From Leptogorgia sarmentosa (lineage: Eukaryota): a stretch of 64,000 nt of DNA. Below the pieces are notes generated by a model. It searched no databases. It had not been told where the DNA came from and was given only the letters and a program-made list of their open reading frames with translations. Each line of letters opens with the position of its first letter. Position 1 is the first letter of the stretch. The stretch lies in contig OZ210885.1 in the NCBI GenBank assembly GCA_964658305.1, forward strand, positions 2,418,001 to 2,482,000. Direction: 5' to 3'. Below, piece by piece: positions 36,801 to 49,099 of this stretch. Position numbers and translations under genes: made by a program.

Positions 36801-39083
36801 TTAAATTTCCCCACCTTACCACCTCACGATGCGTTTCATTCAGCACTTTCCAACACCGACATCACCAACGAACATTACAGCTATTGTCAAAGCGTGTGGA
36901 ACGATCATGGTATGGAAACTTTTCGAGACTTTTTGGTGTGGTATAATAATCTTGATGTTGTTCCCTTTCTCGAAGCTATTGAAAAAATGAGCCAGTTTTG
37001 GAAAGAACGAAATATCGATATTTTTAAGGATGGTGTAAGCGTGCCAGGTTTGACGATGAAATATTTATTTTCCAATGTTCCCGATATATACTTCTCACTA
37101 TTTACTGAAAAAGACAAAGACTTGTACTATACCATGAAAGATAATAACGTTGGTGGTCCCAGTATTATATTTAACAGATACCACGAAAAAGACAAGACAA
37201 ATATACGCAACGTAGAAATGACAAGAAAGAACTTAAAACCCAAACCCTGCAAGAAAGTGGTCGGTTACGATGCGAATGCTTTATATCTTTGGGCGATCAT
37301 GCAAGATATGCCAACGGGGCAGTATACTCGTCGACTGGAAAGTGACAACTTTAAGAAGAAATGGAGTGGTAAAATGGCTGTAGAGTGGTTGGAGTGGCAA
37401 GCTTACCAACGTGGTGTTAAAATTAGACACCAAAATAACAACACAGAGAAGAGAATTGGAGCTCGTCGCCTTCCAGTGGACGGATTCTGTTCCCAAACAC
37501 AAACGGTGTTTCAATTTTACGGTACATTACTGCGTGGGACACATCGATTAAAGATACCACGTTTGTCGCAAATTGCTAATTTTCCCTTTTCTCGTATTAG
37601 GTTGTTATTGGCATGGCCATGATTGCCACTTAAACCAGGGCAAAGACACCAACACGACGCGGGACAAACCCATGAAAGACTTGCTCGAAGAGACACGGAG
37701 AAACAGTTCTTACATCCGTAAGCAAGGTTTCAATCTTGTCGAGTGTTGGGAATGTGAATGGCGTGAGAGAAAAAAGACGAACAGAGAATTACAACGATTT
37801 ATCGCTACTCGACTACGACGACCCTTAGACAAAGTGAAGACAATGACTCTACAGTCCATTCTCGATGCTGTGAGAGATGAAAAGTTATTTGGGTGCGTAG
37901 AGTGTAATATCCACGTTCCAGAACATTTACGTGAACAATTTTCTGAAATGTGTCCTATATTCAAAAACACCGAGATATCTCGAGACGATATAGGCGACTT
38001 TATGAAAGCCTACGCCGAAGATAACGACATCATGCGTCGACCTCGCAGAAGTCTCATTGGAAGTATGGTCGGTGAAAAAATTTTGTTGGCCACACCTCTC
38101 TTAAAGTGGTATTTGGAACATGGTTTAGAGGTACGTATTACGTATAGGTTAATAAGCATAGGTTTCATTACTAATGTCATTTTTGTTTTTTATAGGTAAC
38201 ACACGTCTATCAGGTGATAGAATATACACCTAAACCATGTTTCAAACCCTTTGGTGACGCTGTATCGAATGCCCGTCGTGCTGGAGATGCTGACCCGGCC
38301 AAAGCAATAATCGCAGATACGATGAAACTCGTTGGGAATTCGTCGTATGGGAAAACTATTACGAACAAAGAGCGCCATCGTCAAGTGAAATTTTGCGACG
38401 ACAACAAAGTGTCAAGCTTAATCAACTCGCCATTTTTCCGTGAATTGAACGCTATCGACGACAACACGTACGAAGTGGAAAGCAGCAAGAAAAAAATTAA
38501 ACTGGACCTGCCTCTTCAAGTTGGATTCTTTGTTTATCAATACGCCAAATTACGTATGTTACAATTTTATTATGATTTTTTAGATAAATATTTAGACAGG
38601 TCGGATTTCGAATATTGCGAAATGGATACCGACAGTGCGTATATTGCCATTAGCGTGGAACGTATAGAAGATTTGATAAAACCTGAAAATATGTGTGAGT
38701 TTGAGAACGATAAATGTAACTGGTTTCCTCGAACGGACACGGTAGAGCATGCAAAATATGACAAGAGAACGCCTGGTTTATTTAAAGTTGAGTGGGAAGG
38801 GGATGGATGTATCAGTCTTTGTAGTAAAACGTATTATTGCTTTGGGGATGGGAAAGATAAATTTAGTTGTAAAGGTGTAAATAAGACAAATAATGTAATT
38901 AACAAGGATAAATATTTAGATGTCATTTTGAGTAAACGTAGTGGGTCTGGTGTAAATAGGGGATTCAGGGTTTTAAATAATAAGATGTGCACATATGTTC
39001 AAGTTAAAAACGCTTTTAGTTATTTTTATCCAAAACGTAAAGTTTTGGAGGACGGTGTAACAACTATTCCTTTAGATATTTAA
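33853..39083 (+). pseudogene. pPolB: C2H2-zinc-finger-fused protein-primed family B DNA polymerase, 9 exons, ~1527 codons, two in-frame stops (33980, 35254)
   Basis: Exons 33853-33881, 33949-34309, 34383-34566, 34642-34731, 34862-36249, 36337-36396, 36468-37521, 37601-38130, 38196-39083. Exo motifs FDFE, GFNSGKYD, YNNLDV; pol motifs YDANALY, KLVGNSSYGK, MDTDS, KGV. Exon 1 is the least certain. Confidence 0.9.
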
Positions 39084-39353
39084 GATTTTGTAAATAGTAG
39101 TTTGTAAATATATCTTCCTATACCTAATATGTGTGTATGACTATCCAAATAACAATCTGTGTTGAGAAAAACTTATATATGCATATATCTAAATTAATTG
39201 GAGACCCTACGGTGGGTATGGGGTAGTTTTGCTTTACGGGACTCGCGGGACTTAATTTGTCCCTCCATGGGACTTTTTTCCTATTTAGTTTTCATGTTGT
39301 AGTTTGTTAAGTTTAGTTTACATCATGCCACGTTTGCGTAAAGACTGCCCGCT

Positions 39354-39782
39354 ATGTGGGAAACAGGGTTTGATGAAACAATGATTCAGCCAGTTGGAGT
39401 AAGCGTCGTACCCCCTAAACCAACTGACGACAAGCTTGTAACACAACCAGAAGACAGCGTAAATTTACCTAACAATGTTGAAGCTGATATTATGGAAAGT
39501 GTTCCTCCTACGATGAAATCTCGAGCCCGACAACTGGTTAAAAAATTGAAAGAAAATAAAGATTTGATTACATGGGACGACAAAGGCCAGATAATCTACG
39601 AGGGAAAACCTGTGGTGGGGAGTAACGTGATAGATCTTGAGAATGATGCCCTACGTCACAGAAAACAATCAGAGATTTTAAAACTGGGGCAATGCATGAA
39701 CTGGAAGAGGAACCCCAATAGTCGACCATACAAATGGTTTAGAAATAAAAAACATAGAACTAAAAGATCGTTTGTGTGTTGA
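39354..39782 (+). pseudogene. Fragment of a conserved Polinton protein of unknown function
   Basis: SVPPTMKSRARQLVKKL...ITWDDKGQIIYEGKPVVGSNVIDL resembles, from memory, a recurrent Polinton ORF; it appears truncated. Confidence 0.5.
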
Positions 39783-39788
39783 ATACAT

Positions 39789-40259
39789 TTATTGCACAAA
39801 AAACCATTTACATATAAAATCCCTTACAAGCGCATCGTTTCATTCCTTGTCGTTCGTAAACATATTAGTAATAGTTGACATGGGTATATTTCTACATCTA
39901 TGTAGTGCATAAAACCGAGACAATACTGTCCACACACATTAGACCATGCTGACTGTAAAGTTAACTTATTATAAATAAAAGTACTGCTATTATCTTCTAA
40001 AAATGTTTTAAAGTTCTCGCTGTAGTAGCTAGGTTTTTGTCCGTAAGAATCCATAAATTCCCCTTTTCGCATCAGCTGTCAGGTAAATAGCTACCCAGTG
40101 CGAGCCAGAACCATCACTAGTATCGACATTCACAACAAATCCCCTGGGCTTTTTTTCTGATATAGTATCCGGTAGACGATCCGAAGACACCACACTCGTA
40201 AACACTGACTTGGTAAACGAATCACTTTGAAGCACGTTTAGAATCTGTAGAGTGTTCAT
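39789..40259 (-). pseudogene. Adenain-like cysteine maturation protease (two frameshifts, one stop)
   Basis: VVNVDTSDGSGSHWVAIY / EFMDSYG / LQSAWSNVCGQYC give the His-Asp-Gln-Cys set across two frames; a third frame gives FYALHRCR...NDALVRDF. Confidence 0.88.
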
Positions 40260-40260
40260 T

Positions 40261-40550
40261 CTAACTGTTAAAATCGCACAGCACGTTGCGGTTAGCGTCG
40301 ATTTCAATAAGGTTTTGAAACTCTCCGAGCACCACGATATTTATAGCCCAGTTAAGAGCGGTACCAAACTGAACTTCCAGTGAGACGTTGCCGTTTTTAA
40401 TAGGTTGTAGATGATCTCTTGAACAAAGATCGGCTGTCAGATCAAACACGAACAATGTGTAACCTACTGTAGCTTTAGGGTACTCGTCGCGCGAGATGCC
40501 ATTACCTTCGTTCTGAAACAGCTTATTCGCACCAGCATACAATGTTTGAA
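40261..40550 (-). pseudogene. C-terminal remnant of the double jelly-roll major capsid protein
   Basis: GNGISRDEY..GYTLFVFDLTAD...GNVSLEVQF..ALNWAINIVVLGEFQNLIEIDANRNV is typical of a Polinton MCP C-terminus. Its stop lies 1 nt before the protease ATG. Confidence 0.82.
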
Positions 40551-43500
40551 AAACTAGATTCATATTAATCTAGTTTTTCATATCTCTGAGGATGGTTCTG
40601 AAATACAATGTTTGAACAATCGTATCTTTAACCATTCGCATCTTTCCCAAGCGCCCATGTCCGTAACACCTTCGATGTAGGCAACCACTTTCACGATAAG
40701 CTGTCGCAGCTTTTCCAAACATATAGCAATCTTGATCGGGGCAAAAGAATTCACAACTCTGCCATTGTATTCAACTCATTCCATTGTATTACGACAAACT
40801 TGTAGGTTCTCCAAGGCTTTTTTCAAACGGTCCAATCCTTCTCTAGCGTCGTCCTGAAAAATTATCGGTTTTTGACTAAAGCAAAAACACCAAACCAAGT
40901 GTAACCCAAACATTGATGTCGGAATCACTTGACAGTGTAGTTATATAGCCTTATGGCAAAAACCATGAACCAATTAGAGCGCGGCTATACTTAACGTCAC
41001 GCTGTTGGACCAATCAGAGCGCGGCTATAGCGTAACGTCACGCTGTGTTCGTCACGCTGTTCAACCAATCAGAGCACGATATTCTAATGAGTTCACGACC
41101 TCAATGCGTATGCGCCACCTCGCGCCACCTCGCGCCACCTCAAAAATCCGGCTCGATCGGCCTTTCTTATACTACTTTGGACATGCCATGCAGACTTGTC
41201 CCGTATGTCGTATAGAAGTGAGTGATCTCTAATCTTGCGAATAGTCAATCCGACTGACTGAATTCGAAGTAAAATCATTTATGAGAGAAACGTCGCTAGA
41301 TATCCAACATAACAGCGTGGCATTTTTCGTAGGGAAGACATTCAATACTTCATCCAAACCAGGTTGGTTTTAAATAATTTACTGCTTTGTTTCTGGTCGT
41401 TTTTAAATAATACTGCAAAACTTTCAGTTCATTTGTAGCGAAAGCTGCACGAAAACATGCAATTATGTGCAGACATTAAGAATCGTTTATACAATATTTT
41501 GGGGGAGCTGACTTCGATGTATGGATTCATAGATTGCGTTAAAATGCATGTAACAGGATATTTGGTGCAGTCTGGGCAATGTTGAATTCTGAGGTTTGTC
41601 GCTTTCACTTTCTCAGAAGTTCTTTCACTTTCGCCTCAAAATAACATGACGTCATTGTGAGCCGTCATATGAAGTGTCACGCAGCTCTTGCGGGGGCGCA
41701 GCACCAAAACAGTTGGTAGTGTAATTACAGAATAGTCCTTCACATGTTTCTTAAAAAAAATGCATGTTCAACTGTCTATTTGTGCGTGCTCGAGATTTAA
41801 AAACATTCCAGTGTTTTCTTGATAAATGAGACATGCCTTTATGTGAAGAAAAATTTTAACTACGTATAATTAAGATAAACCAAAGCACTTATTACACAAT
41901 ACATTTGTAGTAAACAGCGGCAGATTGTCTGGTCGTCAGATAACTGAAGTTCAATGAATGGCAAATTATTCATTCTAGAACTAATTTTCCGCAATTTATT
42001 AAATTAAATAATTGTTGCTATACAATATTGTATTATTATTATTTTGTTGTCATACTAAGTTTCGTAATAATATTGCATTGCCACTTCGTTTTTGAGGCTT
42101 CGTCACTTTTATATTTCTAAATATTATTATGCAACAATGATCATATCATTCTTCTCGCATGAAACAGGCTGTAGTGGCAACTTTTGAGACAAAACTGCAC
42201 TTTTTGTTTCATGTATGTGGTATCGAGCGCTCTTGGAATTTCGCTAGCAAAAGCAGCATAATTTAAATGATAAGGTATAGAAACGCAAATTGAAATAGGC
42301 TTTAGCGGGAAGTTTTTCGATTCCATATTTAGTTTAGCCAATATTATCTGCTGAACAATGTTTAAAACTTGTATAAACTTGTTCATACAAAGACAAATAT
42401 GATCTCCTGCTGTTTTGATTTAAATCCCAACCACCTGCTGTTGTCAATCAAATCCTATATTCCTATCATTTGTTACGGCAAGCACGACACGGAGAGAAAA
42501 TCTTGGTTGAAAACCGAATATAACGTATTTTGTGGAGATGTGTAATACAGGTATGTTGTTCATGCATCCATTCCTGATTATCCAAAACATTGTCTTGCCT
42601 GACTTTAGATTTTGTTCAGTTAAAGTTGAGAAATACTTTTATTAATGTATGATTCATAATATTCACAAGGAAATATTTATTCAAGACAGATTTAAATTTC
42701 GTATAAATTGAACATGCCATGCAGACTTGTTCTGTATATGTCGTATAGAAGTGAGTGATCTCTAATCTTGAGAATAGTGAATCCGGCTGACTGAATTGAA
42801 GTCGAAGTAAAATCATTTATGAGAGAAACGTCACTAGATATCCAACATAACAGCGTGGCATTTTTCGTGGGAATTAAGACTTTCAATCTTTCATTCAAAC
42901 AGGTTTGTTTTAAATAATTTACTGCTTAGTTTCAGGTCGTTTTTAAATTATACTGCTAAACTTTTACTTCGTTTGTAGCGAAAGCTGCACGAAAACATGC
43001 AAATATGTAAACATTAACAATGGTTTATACGATATTTTGGGGGAGCTGACTTCGATGTGTGGATTCATAGATTGCGTTAAAATGCATGTAAGAGGATATT
43101 TGGTGCAGCCTGGGAAATGTTAAATTCTGATGTTTGTCGCTTTAACTTTCTCAGAAGTTCTTTCACTTTCGCCTCAAAATAGCATGACGTCATTGTGAGT
43201 GGTCATATGAAGTGTCACGAAGCTCTTGCGGGGGCCAGAACAAAACAGTTGGAAATTTAATTACAGAATAGTCTTTCACATGTTTCTTAAAAAAGTTGCA
43301 TGTTCAACTGTCTATTTGTGCGTGCTCGAGATTTAAAACCATTCCAGTGTTTTCTCGATAAATGCGACATTCCTTTATGTTAAGAAAAATTTTAACTACG
43401 CATAATTAATTAATTAAGATGAACCAAAGTACTTATTACACAATGCATTTGTAGTAAACAGCGGCAGATGGTCTGGTTGTCAGATAACTGAAGTTCAGTG

Positions 43501-45896
43501 AATGGCAAATTATTCATTCTAGAACTAATTTTCCGCAATTTATTATTGTTGCTATATAATATTGTATTATTATTATTTTGTTGTCATACTAAGTTTCGTA
43601 ATAATATTGCATCGCCACTTCGTTTTTGAGGCTTCGTCACTTTTATATTTCTAAATATTATTATGCAACAATGATCATGTCATTCTTCTCGCATGAAACA
43701 GGCTGTAGTGGCAATTTTTGAGACAAAACTATACTATTTGTACGTGGTATCGAGCGCTCTTGGAATTTCGTTAGCCAAAGCAGCATAATTTAAATGATAA
43801 GGTATAGAAACGCAAATTGAAATAGCGGGAAGTTTTTCGATTCCATATTTAGTTTAGCCAATATTATCTGCTGAACAATGTTTAAAACTTGTATAAACTT
43901 GTTCATACAAAGACAAATATGATCTCCTGCTGTTTTAATTTAAATCCCAACCACCTGCTGTTGTCAATCAAATCCTATATTCCTATCATTTGTTACGGCA
44001 AGCACGACACGGGGATAAAGTATTGGTTGAAAACCGAATATAACGTATTTTGTGGAGTTGTGTGATACAGGTATGCTGTTCATGCATCCATTTTCTGATT
44101 ATCCAAAACACTGATTTTCTGACTTTAGATTTTGTTCAGTAAAAGTTGAGGAATATTCACCAGGAATTATTTATTCAAGACAGATTTAAATTTCGTATAA
44201 ATTGAACATGCCATGCAGACTTGTACTGTATGTCGTATAGAAGTGAATGATCTCTAATCTTGAGAATAGTCAATCCGGCTGACTGAATTGAATTCGAAGT
44301 AAAATCATTTATGAGAGAAACGTCACTAGATATCCAACATAGCAGCCTGGCATTTTTTCGTGGGAATTAAGACTTTCAATCTTTCATTAAAAACAGGTTT
44401 GTTTTAAATAATTTACTGCTTAGTTTCAGGTCGTTTTTAAATAATACTGCTAAACTTTTACTTCGTTTGTAGCGAAAGCTGCACGAAAACATGCAATTAT
44501 GTGTAGACATTAAGAATTGTTTATACGATATTTTGGGGGAGCTGACTTCGATGTGTGGATTCATAGATTGCGTTAAAATGCATGCAACAGGATATTTGGT
44601 GCAGCCTGGGAAATGTTAAATTCTGATGTTCGTCGCTTTAACTTTCTCAGAAGTTCTTTCACTTTCGCCTCAAAATAGCATGACGTCATTGTGAGTGGTC
44701 ATATGAAGTGTCACGAAGCTCTTGCGGGGGCCAGAACAAAACAGTTGGAAATTTAATTACAGAATAGTCTTTTACATGTTTCTTAAAAAAGTTGCATGTT
44801 CAACTGTCTATTTGTGCGTGCTCGAGATTTAGAAACATTCGAATGCTTAATTTTCTCGCTAAATGAAAGATCCTTCTATATTAAGAAAAAACTTAGCTAC
44901 GTTTAAGATAAACCAAAGCACTTATTACACAATGCTTATGTAGTAAACAGCGACAGGTGGTCTGGTCGTTAGGGTTAGGGTTTCTGACATCAATTCAAAA
45001 TAAAACAACTGATTTCAAAAGAAATCAGTTGGCAGATCGCCAAATTATGAATATGCACCCCCAACCCCCCCCCCCCCCCCCACCGCCGCCCAATTAACGT
45101 TCTATCGCCGGCCCTGTGTGAATGGCATAGTTAGAGACAACCTTTGTATTTGGAATTAAACTATGTAAATACAAAAAGAAGCCCACAGTAGTGTTTTCCC
45201 GCCTTATTTGTATTTTCCAGCATTTATCTCTTTTCACGAGTCCAGGTTCTCTTATAGTCAGTTGTGGTCTTGTTGCATTGGTTCTTGTCTTTTCACAAGC
45301 TTCTATCACTCTTCACATTTTTGAGATCAATGATGACTACTCAATGATAACCAACATTATATATATACATAGAACAAGATATACTGTCTAAATATCACAT
45401 TAGATCAAATGTCATTGCCTATATTACTATATATATAGCAAACTTTGTCACCTAAATTTCAATGACCTAATTTATACATTTTGCAATTTGAAAGTCATAA
45501 TTCGCATTCATTTTGAGGAAAATTTAAATCCTCGAAATTTCACACGGCGGAACGTTGACACACAAACTGGTTCTATAAAACTCTCAATTTCGTACGCGTT
45601 AACTACTTTCATAGTTAAATGTAGTTAGCTCTAGAAAACGCATTTCTTAATGGTTAACTTTCGCACGTTTTTATACAACCGGCCCCAGTTGTATACAAGG
45701 CCACCCAGCTTAACCTGGGGGAATTTAAAATTCAAAAATTTCCAGTTTGCCTATAAATGAGAAATATTCTCCAGAATTGCGAAATCTTGGTCGGGAGTGA
45801 AAAGAGCTTTCTTCTTTGGAGTTTCGAAGTATATGGGAATTTAGCTGTACATATATTTGTTGTTTTTTAGGTTACAGTGACGTATCATACCACACA

Positions 45897-48318
45897 ATGG
45901 CGGGAGAAACAGTAGGATTTAACGATCCAATTCATGGCTACATGGAATTTGATCCTTTATTGGTGGAAATCATAGATACTCCATACTTTCAAAGAATGAA
46001 GGACATCAAGCAACTGGGTGGTTCATATTGGATCTTCCCTGGTGCCTCACACAATCGCTTCGAACACTCCCTCGGCACTGCGCACCTGGCTGGGATGATG
46101 ATTGAAAGGTTGAGAGATGTTGGCGATGGTAAGAAATATGTAACGGATGAAGACGTCTTGTGCGTTAAGATTGCAGCACTCTGTCATGTAAGTAATATAA
46201 GTGTAACTTTGTCTATTGATATATTTTTTTAATATTTATATAATAAAGAAAAAGCATGCAAGGTTGTTTGGCTCAGGTATCTCGTCTACTTTAATATCTT
46301 TAATGTACTTCAAATGCCTATGTAAGGAAACTTTTTGTTGCAATAAATTAATTAAAGAACTTTTAAACACATTTAAGTTCTTTATATTTTTTTATTACAG
46401 GGCTTTGTTGATGAGATACTTCAGTTTGAATCTTTTCCTTTGCCCGTTAATGACGTCACACATTGCATGATGAGTCATAAGAAATTAAACTATAAATTGT
46501 TCCTGAAAATAGACGGTTTAGAAAATAAATCGTACGTTTTTGTTTGTCCTTAATCTCTATATTACGTCATTATTTCAAGAATTTGATTCATTGAGGACAC
46601 AGATAACTGGTATTTCACGACAACTCATTATGCAAAATGTGACGTAATTAGCGGGCATGGGAAAAGATTCAAACTGAAATATCGCAAAGCACTGTATAAA
46701 ACATTATAAAAGAACTTGTACTACAATTTATAAGTTCATTCATACATTGTAACAATAATTTTCGTTTCATACGCACTTTAATATCAGATACAAGACAGTG
46801 TAATAAGCCTTGCTTCCTACGAGTACGTTATGTCAATGTTTTTCCATTTCACAGGACTTGGGTCACGGCCCATTCTCTCATGTTTTTGATACGACCATGA
46901 AAAATAAATTGATTGAGTACCATGAATGTAAAAACACCGATGCTGAGAAGTCGTTAGAACATTTGATAAATTGGAAGCATGAAGATGCATCGTGTAAAAT
47001 GTTTGATTATATGATAAAGGAAAACGAAGAACTGAAAGAGGCTTTTGAGAAAAGGGATCTTGACGAAAGCAAGAGAAAGCTCATAAAAGAGATTATTAAA
47101 GGTACAAGCCCTGACGAGATTATTAAACGTGAAAGCCCTGACGACGAAGAATTGAAAAAAGAATTACTGACAAAAAAAGAGATCAAATGGTTTCTGTTTG
47201 AAATTGTGGCTAATAAAGTCAACGAAATCGATTGTGATAAGTTCGATTATTTTGCCAGAGACTGTCACAACCTTGGAATGAAGAGCAATTTCGATCATCT
47301 TCGCTACATTCACAATATCCGGATTAGGCCAAAACCCGGGACGAATGAGCTGCACTTATGCGTACGTGACAAACTTAAATTTAATCTGTACGAGCTCTTC
47401 CACACCCGATGGTCATTACATCACCGCGCTTACCAACATAAGACCACCAAAGCTATCGAGGAAATGATTACCGATGCTTTTGTTCTGCTAGAAGAAAAGT
47501 ACAAGTTCTCCGAGGCTATGTCCGATATGGGGAAGTATGCCATGCTGACCGATAGCATATTTTACGAAATCTTGCACATGAGGGATCGCAATGGCAAAAC
47601 CAATGAAAAAAGCGAAGAAGAGCGAAAAGCGCAAGAAATTCTCAAAAGAGTACAGGAGCGAAAATTATATAAGCTTTATGACGAGTTTCAACCCAGTCAA
47701 GATGATTTCAAGATAGATGATTTAAAAGCTGCTGCAGAAGAAATCGCAAAACTATGCGATCCGGAGGTTGATCCAAAACAATTACTTCTCACTATTGTAA
47801 AAATCGATTTTGGGCAGGAAGAGAAAGACCCTGTAGAATCTGTCATATTTTACGAGAAAAAAGAAACAAAAGAGGAAAATGTTAAGTATACGTACGAAGT
47901 TTGCCTCCATAAAATTGGTAAAGAAGACGTAAGCCGAATGCTCCCAGAACGGTTTATTGAGCGGTACGTTAGAATCTATGGAAAGAAAGAAGATATCGAA
48001 GGTGAAAAGAAAGAAGATATCGAAGGTGAAAAGAAAGAAGATATCGAATGTGAAAAGAAAGAAGATATCGAAGGTGGAAAGAAAGAAGATATCGAAGGTG
48101 GAAAGAAAGAAGATATCGAAGGTGGAAAGAAAGAAGATATCGAAGGTGGAAAGAAAGAAGATATCGAAGGTGGAAAGAAAGAAGATATCGAAGGTGGAAA
48201 GAAAGAAGATATCGAAGGTGAAAAGAAAGAAGATATCAAAGGTAAAAAGAATGAGAAAGAAATTGTTCAGGGCGGTTTTAGAAAGTGGGCGGAAAAATAT
48301 AAACAAATTTCAAATTGA
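45897..48318 (+). CDS. SAMHD1-like: SAMHD1-like HD-domain dNTPase B; exons 45897-46187 and 46855-48318, ~584 aa
   Basis: Same catalytic motifs and intron position as copy A, with a divergent C-terminal half. Confidence 0.92.
47983..48246 (+). repeat. Coding minisatellite, 11 x 24 bp, KKEDIEG(E/G)
   Basis: Unit aagaaagaagatatcgaaggtg(a/g)a, in frame within SAMHD1-like B. Confidence 0.95.
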
Positions 48319-49099
48319 CATGAAATCCTTGAATATCCTTTTCCTGAATAGTCATTTTTGTATATTTTACTCACAGTAATTAAACTTAGGGTAATCACAT
48401 GTAATAATTAAATACATATTTCAGGTTCATTAATTTCATTGAGAACTTTTTTGCTCGATTTGATCATGTTAATTGCAGTATAAGTATCAGTGAGAAAAGC
48501 CGATCGGACAATAATTGACTTTTATCACTAGGGGGAGGAGGCGGAGTCTTTTTGTTAAAAATATTTCACTGACATTGCCCCGAAAACTATTAATTTATTT
48601 AAACAACTAGCTAAATACAAATTCTACTGTTCTATAATATTAGCTTTAATCATCAACCAACGTAGCTTATCGCGCAATTAAAATGTGCACTTCAACAAAA
48701 GTATTTGTTCTTATTACCTTTTTGCTGCCAAATATTGCAATAATGCGATCAATCTCTCATCATTCATGAGAGTGTTTTTTTAAAGCTTTGTCACAATACA
48801 TACTGTAACTATTTTAAATAACCTACTGTTTATAATTTAACAATACAAGAATTTGCAACAATTGTGACAGGGTATTCACAACAGCAATAATATTTTAAAT
48901 TAATATTTATTTGTTTTTGTAGTCGCCCCTGCGTCATTAGGATTGGCAGTTATAGACGGCTGGCGACCGTCCGCGTTATCAAAGCTGCGCAGTGCTTTGA
49001 ATTTTTTTCGGAATCTTTCCTGTACCTGAGCGTACATTTTGCTTGTCTGTCAATCTCTGGGTTCAGTAAAATTTCGAGAAAAAAAATAAAGTTTAAGTT

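Larger units (their letters stand above)
32973..41176 (+). mobile_element. Polinton/Maverick (endogenous polintovirus), internally deleted, 8204 bp
   Basis: Termini AGTAGT...ACTACT, ~200-bp TIRs, 6-bp TSD TTGGAC (32967-72, 41177-82). Encodes pPolB plus capsid and protease remnants; no integrase or ATPase seen. Confidence 0.95.
31200..44970. repeat. ~1.5-kb tandem repeat array (about 4 units) interrupted by the Polinton
   Basis: The unit marker recurs at ~32645, 32960/41180, 42705 and 44197. Confidence 0.85.

Noticed and set aside
40580..40900. Possible additional Polinton ORF remnant on the minus strand
   Set aside because: Coding-like but broken by stops and frameshifts, with no family I can recognise.
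32973..41176. Autonomous active Polinton or bacterial/phage contamination
   Set aside because: Stops in pPolB, a frameshifted protease and missing integrase/ATPase rule out autonomy. The TSD within host repeats and spliceosomal introns show a real nuclear insertion.
47782..48379. Alternative-frame and antisense repetitive ORFs ([23 protein letters not shown])
   Set aside because: Shadows of the stop-free 24-bp coding repeat.
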